A model generated the notes under the pieces. That model made no database searches, was not told the origin of the DNA, and saw nothing but the letters and a program-made list of their open reading frames with translations. A DNA stretch of 64,000 bases, taken from the NCBI GenBank assembly GCA_002269645.1, contig NIVC01000402.1, positions 40,078 to 104,077 on the forward strand, given 5' to 3'. The position numbers and the translations under genes are program-made. This DNA is from Macrostomum lignano. Its lineage: Eukaryota. Positions 11,760 through 24,933 of this stretch are shown piece by piece (positions within the stretch are counted from its first letter, which is position 1; every line of letters starts with the position of its first letter).

Positions 11760-14292
11760 TTACTAGCTCTCGACTCATGACTAGCTCTCCTGACCCATGA
11801 CTAGCTCTCCTGACCCATGACTAGCTCTCCTGACTCATGACTAGCTCTCCTGACCCATAACTAGCTCTCCTGACTCATGACTAGCTCTCCTGACCCATGA
11901 CTAGCTCTCCTGACCCATGACTAGCTCTCCTGACTAATGACTAGCTCCCCTGACTCATGACTAGCTCCCCTGACCCATGACTAGCTCCCCTGACCCATGA
12001 CTAGCTCCCCTGACCCATGACTAGCTCTCCTGACCCATGACTAGCTCTCCTGACCCATGACTAGCTCTCCTGACCCATGACTAGCTCTCCTGACTCATGA
12101 CTAGCTCCCCCGACCCATAACTAGCTCCCCTGACTCATGACTAGCTCCCCTGACCCATGACTAGCTCTCCTGACTCATGACTAGCTCTCCTGACCCATGA
12201 CTAGCTCTCCTGACCCATGACTAGCTCCCCTGACCCATGACTAGCTCTCCTGACCTATGACTAGCTCCCCTGACCCATGACTAGCTCTCCTGACCCATGA
12301 CTAGCTCTCCTGACTCATGACTAGCTCTCCTGACCCATGACTAGCTCTCCTGACCCATGACTAGCTCTCCTGACTCATGACTAGCTCTCCTAACCCATAA
12401 CTAGCTCTCCTGACTCATGACTAGCTCTCCTGACCCATGACTAGCTCTCCTGACCCATGACTAGCTCTCCTGACTCATGACTAGCTCTCCTGACTCATGA
12501 CTAGCTCCCCTGACCCATGACTAGCTCCCCTGACCCATGACTAGCTCTCCTGACTCATGACTAGCTCCCCCGACCCATAACTAGCTCCCCTGACTCATGA
12601 CTAGCTCCCCTGACCCATGACTAGCTCTCCTGACTCATGACTAGCTCTCCTGACCCATGACTAGCTCTCCTGACTCATGACTAGCTCTCCTAACCCATAA
12701 CTAGCTCTCCTGACTCATGACTAGCTCTCCTGACCCATGACTAGCTCTCCTGACCCATGACTAGCTCTCCTGACTCATGACTAGCTCTCCTGACTCATGA
12801 CTAGCTCCCCTGACCCATGACTAGCTCCCCTGACCCATGACTAGCTCCCCTGACCCATGACTAGCTCTCCTGACTCATGACTAGCTCTCCTGACCCATGA
12901 CTAGCTCTCCTGACTCATGACTAGCTCCCCCGACCCATGACTAGCTCTCCTGACTCATGACTAGCTCCCCTGACCCATGACTAGCTCTCCTGACTCATGA
13001 CTAGCTCTCCTGACCCATGACTAGCTCCCCTGACTCATGACTAGCTCTCCTGACCTATGACTAGCTCCCCTGACCCATGACTAGCTCTCCTGACCTATGA
13101 CTAGCTCCCCTGACCCATGACTAGCTCTCCTGACCCATGACTAGCTCTCCTGACTCATGACTAGCTCTTCTGACCCATGACTAGCTCTCCTGACCCATGA
13201 CTAGCTCTCCTGACCCATGACTAGCTCTCCTGACTCATGACTAGCTCCCCTGACTCATGACTAGCTCCCCTGACCCATGACTAGCTCTCCTGACTCATGA
13301 CTAGCTCTCCTGACCCATGACTAGCTCTCCTGACCCATGACTAGCTCCCCTGACTCATGACTAGCTCCCCTGACCCATGACTAGCTCTCCTGACCCATGA
13401 CTAGCTCCCCTGACCCATGACTAGCTCTCCTGACTCATGACTAGCTCTCCTGACCCATGACTAGCTCTCCTGACTCATGACTACCTCTCCTGACCCATGA
13501 CTACCTCTCCTGACCCATGACTAGCTCTCCTGACCCATGACTAGCTCCCCTGACCCATGACTAGCTCTCCTGACCTATGACTAGCTCCCCTGACCCATGA
13601 CTAGCTCCCCTGACCCATGACTAGCTCTCCTGACCCATGACTAGCTCTCCTGACCCATGACTAGCTCCCCTGACCCATGACTAGCTCTCCTGACCCATGA
13701 CTAGCTCTCCTGACCCATGACTAGCTCTCCTGACCCATGACTAGCTCTCCTGACTCATAACTAGCTCTCCTGACTCATGACTAGCTCCCCTTACCCATGA
13801 CTAGCTCTCCTGACTCATGACTAGCTCTCCTGACTCATGACTAGCTCTCCTGACCCATGACTAGCTCCCCTGACCCATAACTAGCTCTCCTGACCCATAA
13901 CTAGCTCTCCTGACCCATGAATAGCTCCCCTGACCCATGACTAGCTCTCCTGACCTATGACTAGCTCCCCTGACCCATGACTAGCTCCCCTGACCCATGA
14001 CTAGCTCTCCTGACCCATGACTAGCTCTCCTGACCCATGACTAGCTCCCCTGACCCATGACTAGCTCTCCTGACCCATGACTAGCTCTCCTGACCCATGA
14101 CTAGCTCTCCTGACCCATGACTAGCTCTCCTGACTCATAACTAGCTCTCCTGACTCATGACTAGCTCCCCTTACCCATGACTAGCTCTCCTGACTCATGA
14201 CTAGCTCTCCTGACTCATGACTAGCTCTCCTGACCCATGACTAGCTCCCCTGACCCATAACTAGCTCTCCTGACCCATGACTAGCTCTTCTG
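11760..14292. repeat. 20-nt minisatellite CTAGCTC(T/C)CCTGAC(C/T)CATGA, ~125 copies
   Basis: Exact 20-nt period with two main variable positions. Confidence 0.98.
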
Positions 14293-14959
14293 ACTTTGTC
14301 TGCCTTGAGTATATCCAGAAGCAGAAGTCCAGCTTCTTATCCTGGGTGAATAAAATCTGCAAACATTTGTGCGAATGAGTAATAACATTGTGTGATAGGC
14401 AGTATTAAAAAGGGTATTTCATGTCAACCGACTTAGTGGCGACTTTAACATTAAAATTCTGGAATAATATAGAAATATTTAATATATAATTAACATGCAA
14501 TCTTAGGTGAACACTGTTTTTAGGAATTCGGGTAAACTTATTTTATTCAATGAAATGTTTAAATGTTGGATTTGAAATTTTGTTACAATTAAAAATCTAT
14601 AAGTTGCAGTTGAAAGACAAAAATCTACAGAAAAAATGCATACATATATACACATTTATATATACGAGTATATATATAGTAGTACCACGGCACACGATAT
14701 AGATAGAAATTGATGGATAGGCTAACAGAAAACTATTGAGACTTATAAAGATTGATTGTCTGTAACAACCTATCAAGGCTTTACATTGTTTGACAATAGG
14801 ACTCGTATATATTCACACACAGAGATTTAGACTGGGCACAAAGGTTTCGTCAGAGAGATGCAGGAATGCGGCAATAAGAATAAAATAGTAGTAATATTGG
14901 AATATTTTTTCACCAGCAGCTATACATTGAATTAATTTCAATTCTTGTCCTCGGTCCCC

Positions 14960-15560
14960 ACTCCGATAGTCCTCGGTCCTTCAGTCCTCAGTCCTCAATC
15001 CCCTCAGACCTCGGTCCTTCAGTACTCAGTCCTCAATCCCCTCAGACCTCGGTCCTTCAGTCCTCAGTTCTCGGTCCTTCAGTCCTCAGTTCTCGGTCCT
15101 TCAGTCCTCAGTTCTTAATCCCTCAGTCCTCAGTCCTTCAATTCTCAATATTTCAGTCCTCGGTCCTTCAGTCCTCGGTCCTTCAGTCCTCAGTCCTCAA
15201 TCCCTCAGTCCTTCAGTCCTCAATATTTCAGTCCTTCAGTCCTCAATATTTCAGTCCTCGGTCCTTCAGTCCTCAATCCCTCAGCCCTCAGCCCTTCAGA
15301 CCTCAGTCCTTAATCCCTCAGTCCTCAGTCCTCAGTCCTTCAGTCGTCAGTCCTTCAGTCGTCAGTCCTTCAGTCGTCAGTCCTTCAGTCGTCAGTCCTT
15401 CAGTCGTCAGTCCTTCAGTCGTCAGTCCTCAATCCCTCAGTCCTCAGTCCTTCAGTCCTCAATATTTCAGTCCTCGGTCCTTCAGTCCTCAGTCCTCAAT
15501 TCTTTAGCACATTTAACACATTCAGAATCCTCAAGTCTTTAATCATTCAGTCCTCAATCC
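14960..15560. repeat. Degenerate TCAGTCC(T) short-unit repeat
   Basis: Reiterated CAGTCCT/CAGTCCTT/CAGTCGT units. Confidence 0.9.
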
Positions 15561-15889
15561 TTAATCTATTAGCTTGTAACAGCTGGCTCCAAAAATGATT
15601 AAATTGACAGACATTGAAATTAAGACAGAAAGGTGACAGACAGACAGACAGACAGACAGGTAAGAGACAGATATGCGAAATTATTATAGAAAGTATTGAC
15701 GAAAAAGCAATGTGATTATACATTTCTCAGGTGCGGGTCAGAGCCAACACACGCAAAATAAGCACACGCGTTGAAATGGCTAAAGTTTCGAAGGAAAATC
15801 CTGTGATAGTTTAAATATAATCTATAGTGGATGTTAGACTCATTTTCGGTATTGGTTGAAGTGCTTTATAATATGCACACACATTGACA

Positions 15890-16340
15890 GACATGGTCCA
15901 GCATGACAACATATCCTGAACACATTACTGACGCATTTGTACATTGCAACAGAATCTGACACATTCCGATACATTTCCATAGTCTGACACATTCCCAATA
16001 CATTCCCATAGAATCCGACAGATTCCTGACACATTCCCGATACATTCCAAATCTGACACCTTCCTGATACATTCCCATAGAATCTGACACATTCCCGATA
16101 CATTCCAAATCTGACACATTCCCGATACATTCCCAATCTGACCACATTCCCGATACATTCCAAATCTGACACATTCCCGATATATTCCCATAGAATCTGA
16201 CACATTCCCGATACATTCCAAATCTGACACATTCGCGATACATTCCCAATCCGACCACATTCCCGATACATTCCCCTAGAATGACACCTTCCTGATACAT
16301 TCCCATAGAATCTGACACATTCCCGATACATTGGCAACAC
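15890..16340. repeat. Degenerate repeat of CTGACACATTCCCGATACATTCC units
   Basis: Read directly; source of the ECIGNVSD ORFs. Confidence 0.9.
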
Positions 16341-16443
16341 ACGAGTTGTATGAAATCTGAAGAATATACGCTCGTACGCAGAACAAGCCGTCAGTGTTGA
16401 GAAGATGGGTAGGGGTTTAAGGCACGCCTATTAGAACACCTAC

Positions 16444-16584
16444 CACCTGGAGTGGCCGCGGCGGCGGCGGCGGCGGCAGCGGAAGTGGAAGCGGAAGCAG
16501 CGGCGGAGGCCGCTTTGGCGCTGGCAGCGCAGGCGGCCGCGGCGGCGGTGCTGGCGGCGAGGGCCTGCTCCCGTTTTTTCATAG
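16444..16584 (-). CDS. nbea: Candidate Ala-rich cassette exon of neurobeachin ([48 protein letters not shown])
   Basis: GC-rich island with GCTAAT branch-like motif and GTGCCAG|CT acceptor. Two in-frame donors (G|GTGGTA, exon end 16447; G|GTAGGT, exon end 16444). Phase 1 to 1, 141 or 138 nt. No family homology recognised. Confidence 0.55.
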
Positions 16585-16779
16585 CTGGCACCGTGGAGGT
16601 GGTGAGATTAGCGGCGGGCAATTAACGGATGATGACGAGACGAATGAGAAGAATGGAGCGGTTAACGAACATTTTTTAATGAACGAAACCTAACGAAACT
16701 GGGGCGGCTTTGAGACAGCAAGAAGATAGCTTTAGTCACTTTAATTATGCTATTTGGTGCGCATCAAGGCCGACTGGTA

Positions 16780-17340
16780 CTGCTACACTGTACAGGATGA
16801 ATGTACCGACTTTGGTACACTGTACAGGACGAATTCACCGATATTGGTACACTGTACAGGATGAATTCACCGATATTGGTACACTGTACAGGATGGATGT
16901 ACCGATATTGGTACACTGTACAGGATGAATGTACCGATTTTGGTACACTGTACAGGATGGATGTATCGATATTGGTACACTGTACAGGATGAATTCACCG
17001 ATATTGGTACACTGTACAGGATGAATTCACCGATATTGGTACACTGTACAGGATGGATGTACCGATATTGGTACACTGTACAGGATGAATGTACCGATTT
17101 TGGTACACTGTACAGGATGAATTCACCGATTTTGGTACACTGTACAGGACGAATTCACCGATATTGGTACACTGTACAGAATGAATTCACCGATATTGGT
17201 ACACTGTACAGGATGGATGTATCGATATTGGTACACTGTACAGGATGAATTCACCGATATTGGTACACTGTACAGGATGGATGTACCGACTTTGGTACAC
17301 TGTACAGGATGGATGTACCGATATTGGTACACTGTATGCT
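16780..17340. repeat. 32-nt minisatellite TGGTACACTGTACAGGATGAATTCACCGATAT, ~17 copies
   Basis: Period read directly. Confidence 0.96.
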
Positions 17341-17694
17341 TTGCAGGTGTCTGTACAGACGTACTTTTTAATCTTGAAAAAATTACTCATCAATAAAACA
17401 AAAACTATCAACCTAAAAAACTACAAGTAATAACACTAGCATGCATGAAGATTAATTACTAGCAAAAATATGTGATTAATTGAATATACATATTTATTGA
17501 CAGTTCAGAGGCGGCTGTTTTAGTATGGAAGCTATTATAGCTATCGCATGCTCTCAGTGCGGCTGACTAACGGGGCAAACAGCACTGATTTACGAGCTAG
17601 AATGTCGGTGCCAGCGTCGATAATTGCCAAGTGTCGAGTGCTTAAGCTTGGGCAAATGTCAGGAGGGAAGCTGAGATCAAGACTAGCTGGGAGT

Positions 17695-17915
17695 GTGGCG
17701 GTCAAGGTCACTCTATAATCCGGGGTCAAGGTTAAGTTGGAATCGAGGGTCAAGGTCAGGTTGAAATCTAGGTTCAAAGTCAATTGGAAATCTAGGGTGT
17801 CAAAAAAGTCAAGTTGGAACATAGGGTGTCAAGGTCAAGTTGGAATCTAGGGTGTCAAGGTCAAGTTGGAATCTAGGGTGTCAAGGTCAAGTTGGAATCT
17901 AGGGTGTCAAGGTCG
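17695..17915. repeat. 26-nt repeat TCAAGGTCAAGTTGGAATCTAGGGTG, ~7 copies
   Basis: Copies at 17829, 17855, 17881 and 17907, plus degenerate copies upstream. Confidence 0.9.
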
Positions 17916-18530
17916 TAAATCATTTTTTATTTTTAGGGTTTAAATTATCTTTATATGGCTACTACATCTCCAATAATAGTACTTATGCTAATCACCTCGA
18001 TAAGACAGCAATTAAACTAGTAAAATTCACATTAGTTAATTAATTACGAATATCGATAATTTAAAAATATTACGTATACCTGTACACCATCATGCACTAG
18101 AAAATTGATTGCACTAATAATAATAGCTATGTCAGACACCAAATTAAGACAGTATTATACTAGTTGACAAAATAAACTTAAAAAAACGCAAGCGTATAAA
18201 ACGCTGGCAGTTAATAATAGCTAATTAACCTTTAGCATATTATAAACGTTTTATGACTTCATTTGCACAGTTCACGCATCCCAAGACCAAGCAAGGATGT
18301 TTAAAAATACAATCAATATAACAGGTGTTAATAAAAATACTAACAATACTTATAATATTAATATGCATAGGTAATAAAATTACTAACGCACTATAACAAT
18401 GGACCAACTAATCATTAAACACCGAAATTCAAAAACTTCTGATCTGCAACCCAGTGAAATTTCTGCGACAAATTCTAAAAGCAACAACAGTGCGGCTTGC
18501 TTGCGGCCCGCACCGATGCTTTTCACTTAC

Positions 18531-18536
18531 TGAAAG
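18531..18536 (-). CDS. nbea: Candidate 6-nt microexon
   Basis: C-rich tract ending CCCCGGTCTGTTTCAG|CTTTCA|GTAAGT in a phase-1 intron; frame-preserving. No transcript evidence. Confidence 0.5.
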
Positions 18537-18619
18537 CTGAAACAGACCGGGGAGCGACGGCGGGGGTGGGCGGAATTCGATCAGATCAAAATTTGAGATG
18601 CTCGCACACTGCCTGCTTC

Positions 18620-19630
18620 TCTGTCCTCCTGACACTCCTCCTGACACATCCTGACACTCTCATCCTTTCTCTCACCCCTAAATCTCACCTTCCTCTCTCC
18701 CTCTCTCACCCTTCCTCTTCCTCTCTTATACCCTTCCTCTCTCCTTCTCTCACCCTTCCTCTCACCCCTAAATCTCACCCTTCCTCTCACCCCTAAATCT
18801 CACCCTTCCTCTCACCCCTAAATCTCACCCTTCCTCTCTCAATCTCTCACCCTTCCTCTCCATCTCTCAACCTTCCTCTCCATCTCTTATACCCTTCCTC
18901 TCTCCCTCTCTCACCATTCCTCTCTCCCTCTCTCACCCTTCCTCTCTCCCTCTCTCACCATTCCTCTCTCCCTCTCTCACCATTCCTCTCTCCCTCTCTC
19001 ACCATTCCTCTCTCCCTCTCTCACCATTCCTCTCTCACCATTCCTCTCTCACCATTCCTCTCTCCCTCTCTCACCATTCCTCTCTCACCATTCCTCACTC
19101 CCTCTCTCACCATTCCTCTCTCCCTCTCTCACCCTTCCTCTCTCCCTCTCTAACCATTCCTCTCTCCCTCTCTCATTATTCCTCACTCCCTCTCTCACCC
19201 TTCCTCTCTCCCTCTCTCACCATTCCTCTCTCCCTCTCTCACCATTCCTCTCTCCCTCTCTCACCATTCCTCTCTCCCTCTCTCACCATTCCTCTCTCCC
19301 TCTCTCACCATTCCTCTCTCCCTCTCTCACCATTCCTCACTCCCTCTCTCACCCTTCCTCTCTCCCTCTCTCACCATTCCTCTCTCACCATTCCTCTCTC
19401 CCTCTCTCACCATTCCTCTCTCACCATTCCTCTCTCCCTCTCTCACCATTCCTCTCTCACCATTCCTCACTCCCTCTCTCACCATTCCTCTCTCCCTCTC
19501 TCACCATTCCTCTCTCCCTCTCTCACCATTCCTCTCTCCCTCTCTCACCATTCCTCTCTCCCTCTCTCAACATTCCTCTCTCCCTCTCTCACCATTCCTC
19601 TCTCCCTCTCTCACCTTTCTTCAGTCCTTT
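18620..19630. repeat. Pyrimidine-rich ~22-nt minisatellite CTCTCTCCCTCTCTCACCATTC
   Basis: Read directly. Confidence 0.93.
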
Positions 19631-20081
19631 CTACCGTTACCGTGTCAGTGCTTGAGATTGGAGGTGCCCTCCCCCCTCTCTCTCTTCCTCTCTCTCTCAC
19701 TATTCCTCTCTCCCTCTCTCACCTCTACCATTCTCCCCCTTCATCCTTACTCTATGATCGTACATCTCTCCCTCTCCGCCTCTCAGGCTCTCACCCTACC
19801 TTCCTCCCCTCTCCGCCTCCTTTTCACATACCGCTCTCACTTTCTGCCACATACTTTATTTGTCTCTCTCTTCTCTAACTCCCTGTCTCTTCCTATAACA
19901 ATTTATCTAACAACTTGAACTGCTTCAATCGCGATCCGCACAAAATGCGTAGACTAACAACAATCCAGTTAGTAACAATTTATTAGTTATAAACTTCACA
20001 AAGCTGTATTGCCTAATAAACTGAAAAAAAACTATAAGTTCAAAAGAAATAATAGTATAAAAAAGCCAGCAATTAATACTA

Positions 20082-20600
<519 letters not shown>

Positions 20601-20644
20601 TTATATTAATTCAGTTGCTGTCTGCTGGCTACTAGTGAGTCAGG

Positions 20645-21200
20645 CTTAGCCGCTAATTAGCTACTAGAATGGGTCATAGGCAGGCTTAGCCGCTAATTAG
20701 CTACTAGAATGGGTCATAGGCAGGCTTAGCCGCTAATTGGCTACTAGAGTGTCATAGACAGTATTGGCCGCTTATTGGCTACTAGAGTGAGTCATAGACA
20801 ATCTTAGCCGCTAATTGGCTACTAGAGTGAGTCATAGACAATCTTTGCCGCTCATTGGCTACTAGAGTGAGTCATAGACAATCTTAGCCGCTAATTGGCT
20901 ACTAGAGTGAGTCATAGACAGGCTTAGCCGCTCATTGGCTACTAGAGTGAGTCATAGACAGTCTTAGCCGCTCATTGGCTACTAGAGTGAGTCATCGACA
21001 ATCTTAGCCGCTCATTGGCTACTAGAGTGAGTCATAGACAGTCTTAGCCGCTCATTGGCTACTAGAGTGAGTCATCGACAATCTTAGCCGCTAATTGGCT
21101 ACTAGAGTGTCATAGACAGTATTGGCCGCTTATTGGCTACTAGAGTGAGTCATCGACAATCTTTGCCGCTTATTGGCCACTAGAGTGAGTCATCGATAGG
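20645..21200. repeat. 40-nt minisatellite GCCGCTCATTGGCTACTAGAGTGAGTCATAGACAATCTTA, ~14 copies
   Basis: Period read directly (20807, 20847...). Confidence 0.95.
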
Positions 21201-21336
21201 CTTGTCAAACAAAATGGCGCCATAGCTGATAAAAATGGCGCCCTAGTCAAATAAACTGGCGCCATAGTGAAATAAAATGGCGCCATGGGGGCTACGCCCC
21301 TATCGCTAATTAGAGTTCAGTAAAAGCCTTCCGTAC

Positions 21337-21749
21337 CATGCGGTTCAACCGGACGAAATCTTCGGCAGTTTTAGCCCAGGCGGCAGCGAAACGTCGTCAA
21401 CTCGCTGCTTGTCGTCGGTGACGCCAAGCTGATACCTGTTGCTATTCTCAAACATATCAGGCAGGTAGTAGAACTCTGGTATTAGCTCTTTCACGTCTGA
21501 CGTGTCCCGTTGGCAATTCTTCCAGGTGGTGGCCACGGAGTGGAAGATTCGATCGGCGTGATCGAACTTGCCGCCCTGCAGGTTGAGAAACATGCTGGTG
21601 AATGGCTCCAGCCGGATCAGATAGTTCAGCACAAATGCTGATGTTGAGTAGTGCGTGCCGTAGTGAAACGCCGGCTGCCCGTCGTCGTCCCAGCTAGCGT
21701 AGCGCTCGTCGAAGAAGGCCTTGCGCGACGGGTTCAGGGCGCCGATGGG
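21337..21749 (-). CDS. nbea: Neurobeachin exon, BEACH core (PIGALNP...HYGTHYS...[11 protein letters not shown]...[17 protein letters not shown]), with an apparent 1-nt deletion near 21379
   Basis: Acceptor TTTCAG|CCC, donor ATG|GTACGG. The exon is 413 nt where 414 is needed; CTG CCG CC TGG GCT AAA restores LPPWAK with one added base. Confidence 0.93.
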
Positions 21750-21816
21750 CTGAAAGCGAGAGCAAAGACATTGCCTGACATTGTGCGCACATAAGGAGGT
21801 CTAGAGCTCTCTAAGC

Positions 21817-23788
21817 CAGGGGTAGGCGAACTCGGGCCGCGGGCCGCATGCTGACTGCAAAGCCTGTCTATCCGGCCCTTTATCCGGGTCCTTTGAAACT
21901 TCACAATAGCAATCTGGCTGGGTCAAGGTTTGTGTCTCCTTTCTTCTCTCCCCTCTCTCCCTCTTCTCTCTCTCTTCTCTCCCTTCCCCCTCTTCTCTCC
22001 TTTCTTCTCTCCCTTCCCCCTCTTCTCTCCCCTCTCTCCCTCTTCTCTCCTCTCCCTTCCCCCTCTTTTCTCCTCTCTTCTCTCCCCTCTCTCCTCTTCT
22101 CTTCTCTCTTCTCTCCCCTTCCCCCTCTTCTCTCCCTTACCCCCTCTTCTTTCCTCTCTTCTCTCCCCTTCCCCCTCTTCTCTCCCCTTACCCTCTTCTT
22201 TCCTCTCTTCTCTCCCCTTCCCCTCTTTTCTCCTCTCTTCTCTCCCTCTCTCCCTCTTCTCTTCTCTCTTCTCTCCCTTCCCCTCTTCTCTCCTTTCTTC
22301 TCTCCCTCTCTCCCTCTTCTCTCCTCTCTTCTCTCCCCTTCCCCCTCTTCTCTCCTTTCTTCTCTCCCTCTCTCCTCTTCTCTTCTCTCTTCTCTCCCCT
22401 TCCCCCCTCTTCTCTCCTTTCTTCTCCCCTTCCCCTCTTCTCTCCCCTCTCTCCCTCTTCTCTCTCTCCCCTTCCCCCCTCTTCTCTCCTCTCTTCTCTC
22501 CCTTCCCCTCTTTTCTCCTCTCTTCTCTCCCCTCTCTCCCTCTTCTCTTCTCTCTTCTCTCCCCTTCCCCCTCTTCTCTCCCTTACCCCCTCTTCTTTCC
22601 TCTCTTCTCTCCCCTTCCCCTCTTCTCTCCCTTACCCCCTCTTCTCTTCTCTCTTCTCCCCCTTCCCCCCTCTTCTCTCCTTTCTTCTCTCCCCTCTCTC
22701 CCTCTTCTCTCCTCTCTTCTCTCCCCTTCCCCCCTCTTCTCTCCTTTCTTCTCTCCCCTCTCTCCCTCTTCTCTTCTCTCTTCTCTCCCTTCCCCCTCTT
22801 CTCTCCTTTCTTCTCTCCCTTCCCCCTCTTCTCTCCCCTCTCTCCCTCTTCTCTCCTCTCCCCTTCCCCCTCTTCTCTCCTCTCTTCTCTCCCCTTCCCC
22901 CTCTTTTCTCCTCTCTTCTCTCCCTCTCTCCCTCTTCTCTTCTCTCTTCTCTCCCTTCCCCCTCTTCTCTCCCTTACCCCTCTTCTTTCCTCTCTTCTCT
23001 CCCCTTCCCCCTCTTCTCTCCCTTACCCCCTCTTCTTTCCTCTCTTCTCTTCCCTTCCCCCTCTTCTCTCCCCTTACCCCCTCTTCTTTCCTCTCTTCTC
23101 TCCCTTCCCCTCTTTTCTCCTCTCTTCTCTCCCTTCCCCTTCTTTTCTCCTCTCTTCTCTCCCTCTCTCCCTCTTCTCTTCTCTCTTCTCTCCCCTTCCC
23201 CTCTTCTCTCCCCTTACCCCTCTTCTTTCCTCTCTTCTCTCCCCTTCCCCCTCTTCTCTCCCCTTACCCCTCTTCTTTCCTCTCTTCTCTCCCCTTCCCC
23301 TCTTCTCTCCCCTTACCCCTCTTCTTTCCTCTCTTCTCTCCCCTTCCCCTCTTCTCTCCCCTTCCCCAATCTTCTCTCCTTTCTTCTCTCCCCTCTCTCC
23401 CTCTTCTTTCCTTTCTTCTCTCCCCTCTCTCCTTCTTCTCTTCTCTCTTCTCTCCCTCTCCCCCTCTTCCTCCTTTCTTATCTCCCCTCTCCCCTTCTTC
23501 TCTCTCCTCTCCCTTCTTCTCTCTCCTCTCCCCCTCTTCTCTTATCTCTTTTCTCCCTCCCCCCCTCTTCTCTCCTCTCTCCCCCTCTTCTCTCCCCTCT
23601 CCCTTTTCTTCTTGTCTCTCCTCTTATCTTCTTTCTTACCTCTTCTCTCATCCAGTCTCTCGCCTCGTCTATGTTCTCTCATCGCACATCTTTTATTCTC
23701 TCTCCTTTCCACTCTCACCTGCCCCTCAGCTATGAGCTGGATTCTTCATCTGGCCCTTCTTTGAGGTAAAACAGTTTGCCAACCCCTG
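21817..23788 (-). mobile_element. Same MITE family, copy A, inverted relative to copy B, with an internal ~1.75-kb polypyrimidine expansion
   Basis: Ends CAGGGGTAGGCGAAC and GTTTGCCAACCCCTG. Subterminal sequences are reverse complements of copy B (e.g. ATGAGCTGGATTCTT, TTTGAAACTTC..AATAGCAATC). Flanks CTCTAAGC/CTCTAGTC match at 6/8. Confidence 0.85.
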
Positions 23789-23967
23789 CTCTAGTCCATC
23801 GATACAAGCGCGCCAACACTGTACGCTCACACAGGGTGCACAGCGGCCCTGACTGTCTAATCGTCAGGCATGTACACTCTCTGTGATTTGGGGGCTGGCC
23901 CTCACGGGTGTAGAATAGCAGGACAACCCCCTGACCGATTTTCGTGCACAATTAGAGAGAAAATCTA

Positions 23968-24303
<336 letters not shown>

Positions 24304-24349
24304 TTAATATGATTAGCACTACTATTAATTACTGACATTGCATTAGTTA

Positions 24350-24770
24350 TTTAACTTGGATAGATTAGCAATCCATTCTACTAATGACCTAGATTAGCAA
24401 TCCACTCTACTAATGACTTGGATTAGCAATCCACTCTACTAATGACTTAGATAGATTAGCAATCCACTCTACTAATGACTTAGATAGATTAGCAATCCAC
24501 TCTACTAATGACTTGGATAGATTAGCAATCCACTCTACTAATGACTTGGATAGATTAGCAATCCACTCTACTAATGACTTAGATAGATTAGCAATCCACT
24601 CTACTAATGACTTAGATAGATTAGCAATCCACTCTACTAATGACTTAGATAGATTAGCAATCCACTCTACTAATGACTTAGATTAGCAATACACTCTACT
24701 AATGACTTGGATAGATTAGCAATCCACTCTACTAATGACTTGGATAGATTAGCAATCCACTCTACTAATT
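24350..24770. repeat. 33-nt minisatellite GATAGATTAGCAATCCACTCTACTAATGACTT(A/G), ~12 copies
   Basis: Period read directly. Confidence 0.95.
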
Positions 24771-24830
24771 GTGACTAATTGTGAACTGACTAATACATTG
24801 AAATGACCAACCATGAGATTAGGAGCTCAC

Positions 24831-24933
24831 CGAGTCTGCTGCAGGCCGTACTTGATGCCAATGCCGATTCGTGGCAGGCTGTTCACCACTTTTTTAACGC
24901 TCTCCTGATCCTCGAATGCAAACATCACGGCGC
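24831..24933 (-). CDS. nbea: Neurobeachin exon, end of PH domain (SAVMFAFEDQESVKKVVNSLPRIGIGIKYGLQQTR)
   Basis: Acceptor AACCAAAG|GC (AAG type), donor CG|GTGAGC; 103 nt, phase 1 to 2. Confidence 0.93.

Noticed and set aside
14285-14362. Possible extra exon after TTTGCAG
   Set aside because: Stop codon in the required phase 1 and no good donor.
21848-23764. 638- and 601-aa Leu/Ser/Pro/Phe ORFs, and similar ORFs at 25388-26476 and 29473-30407
   Set aside because: Pure pyrimidine tracts cannot encode stop codons; these are MITE interiors.
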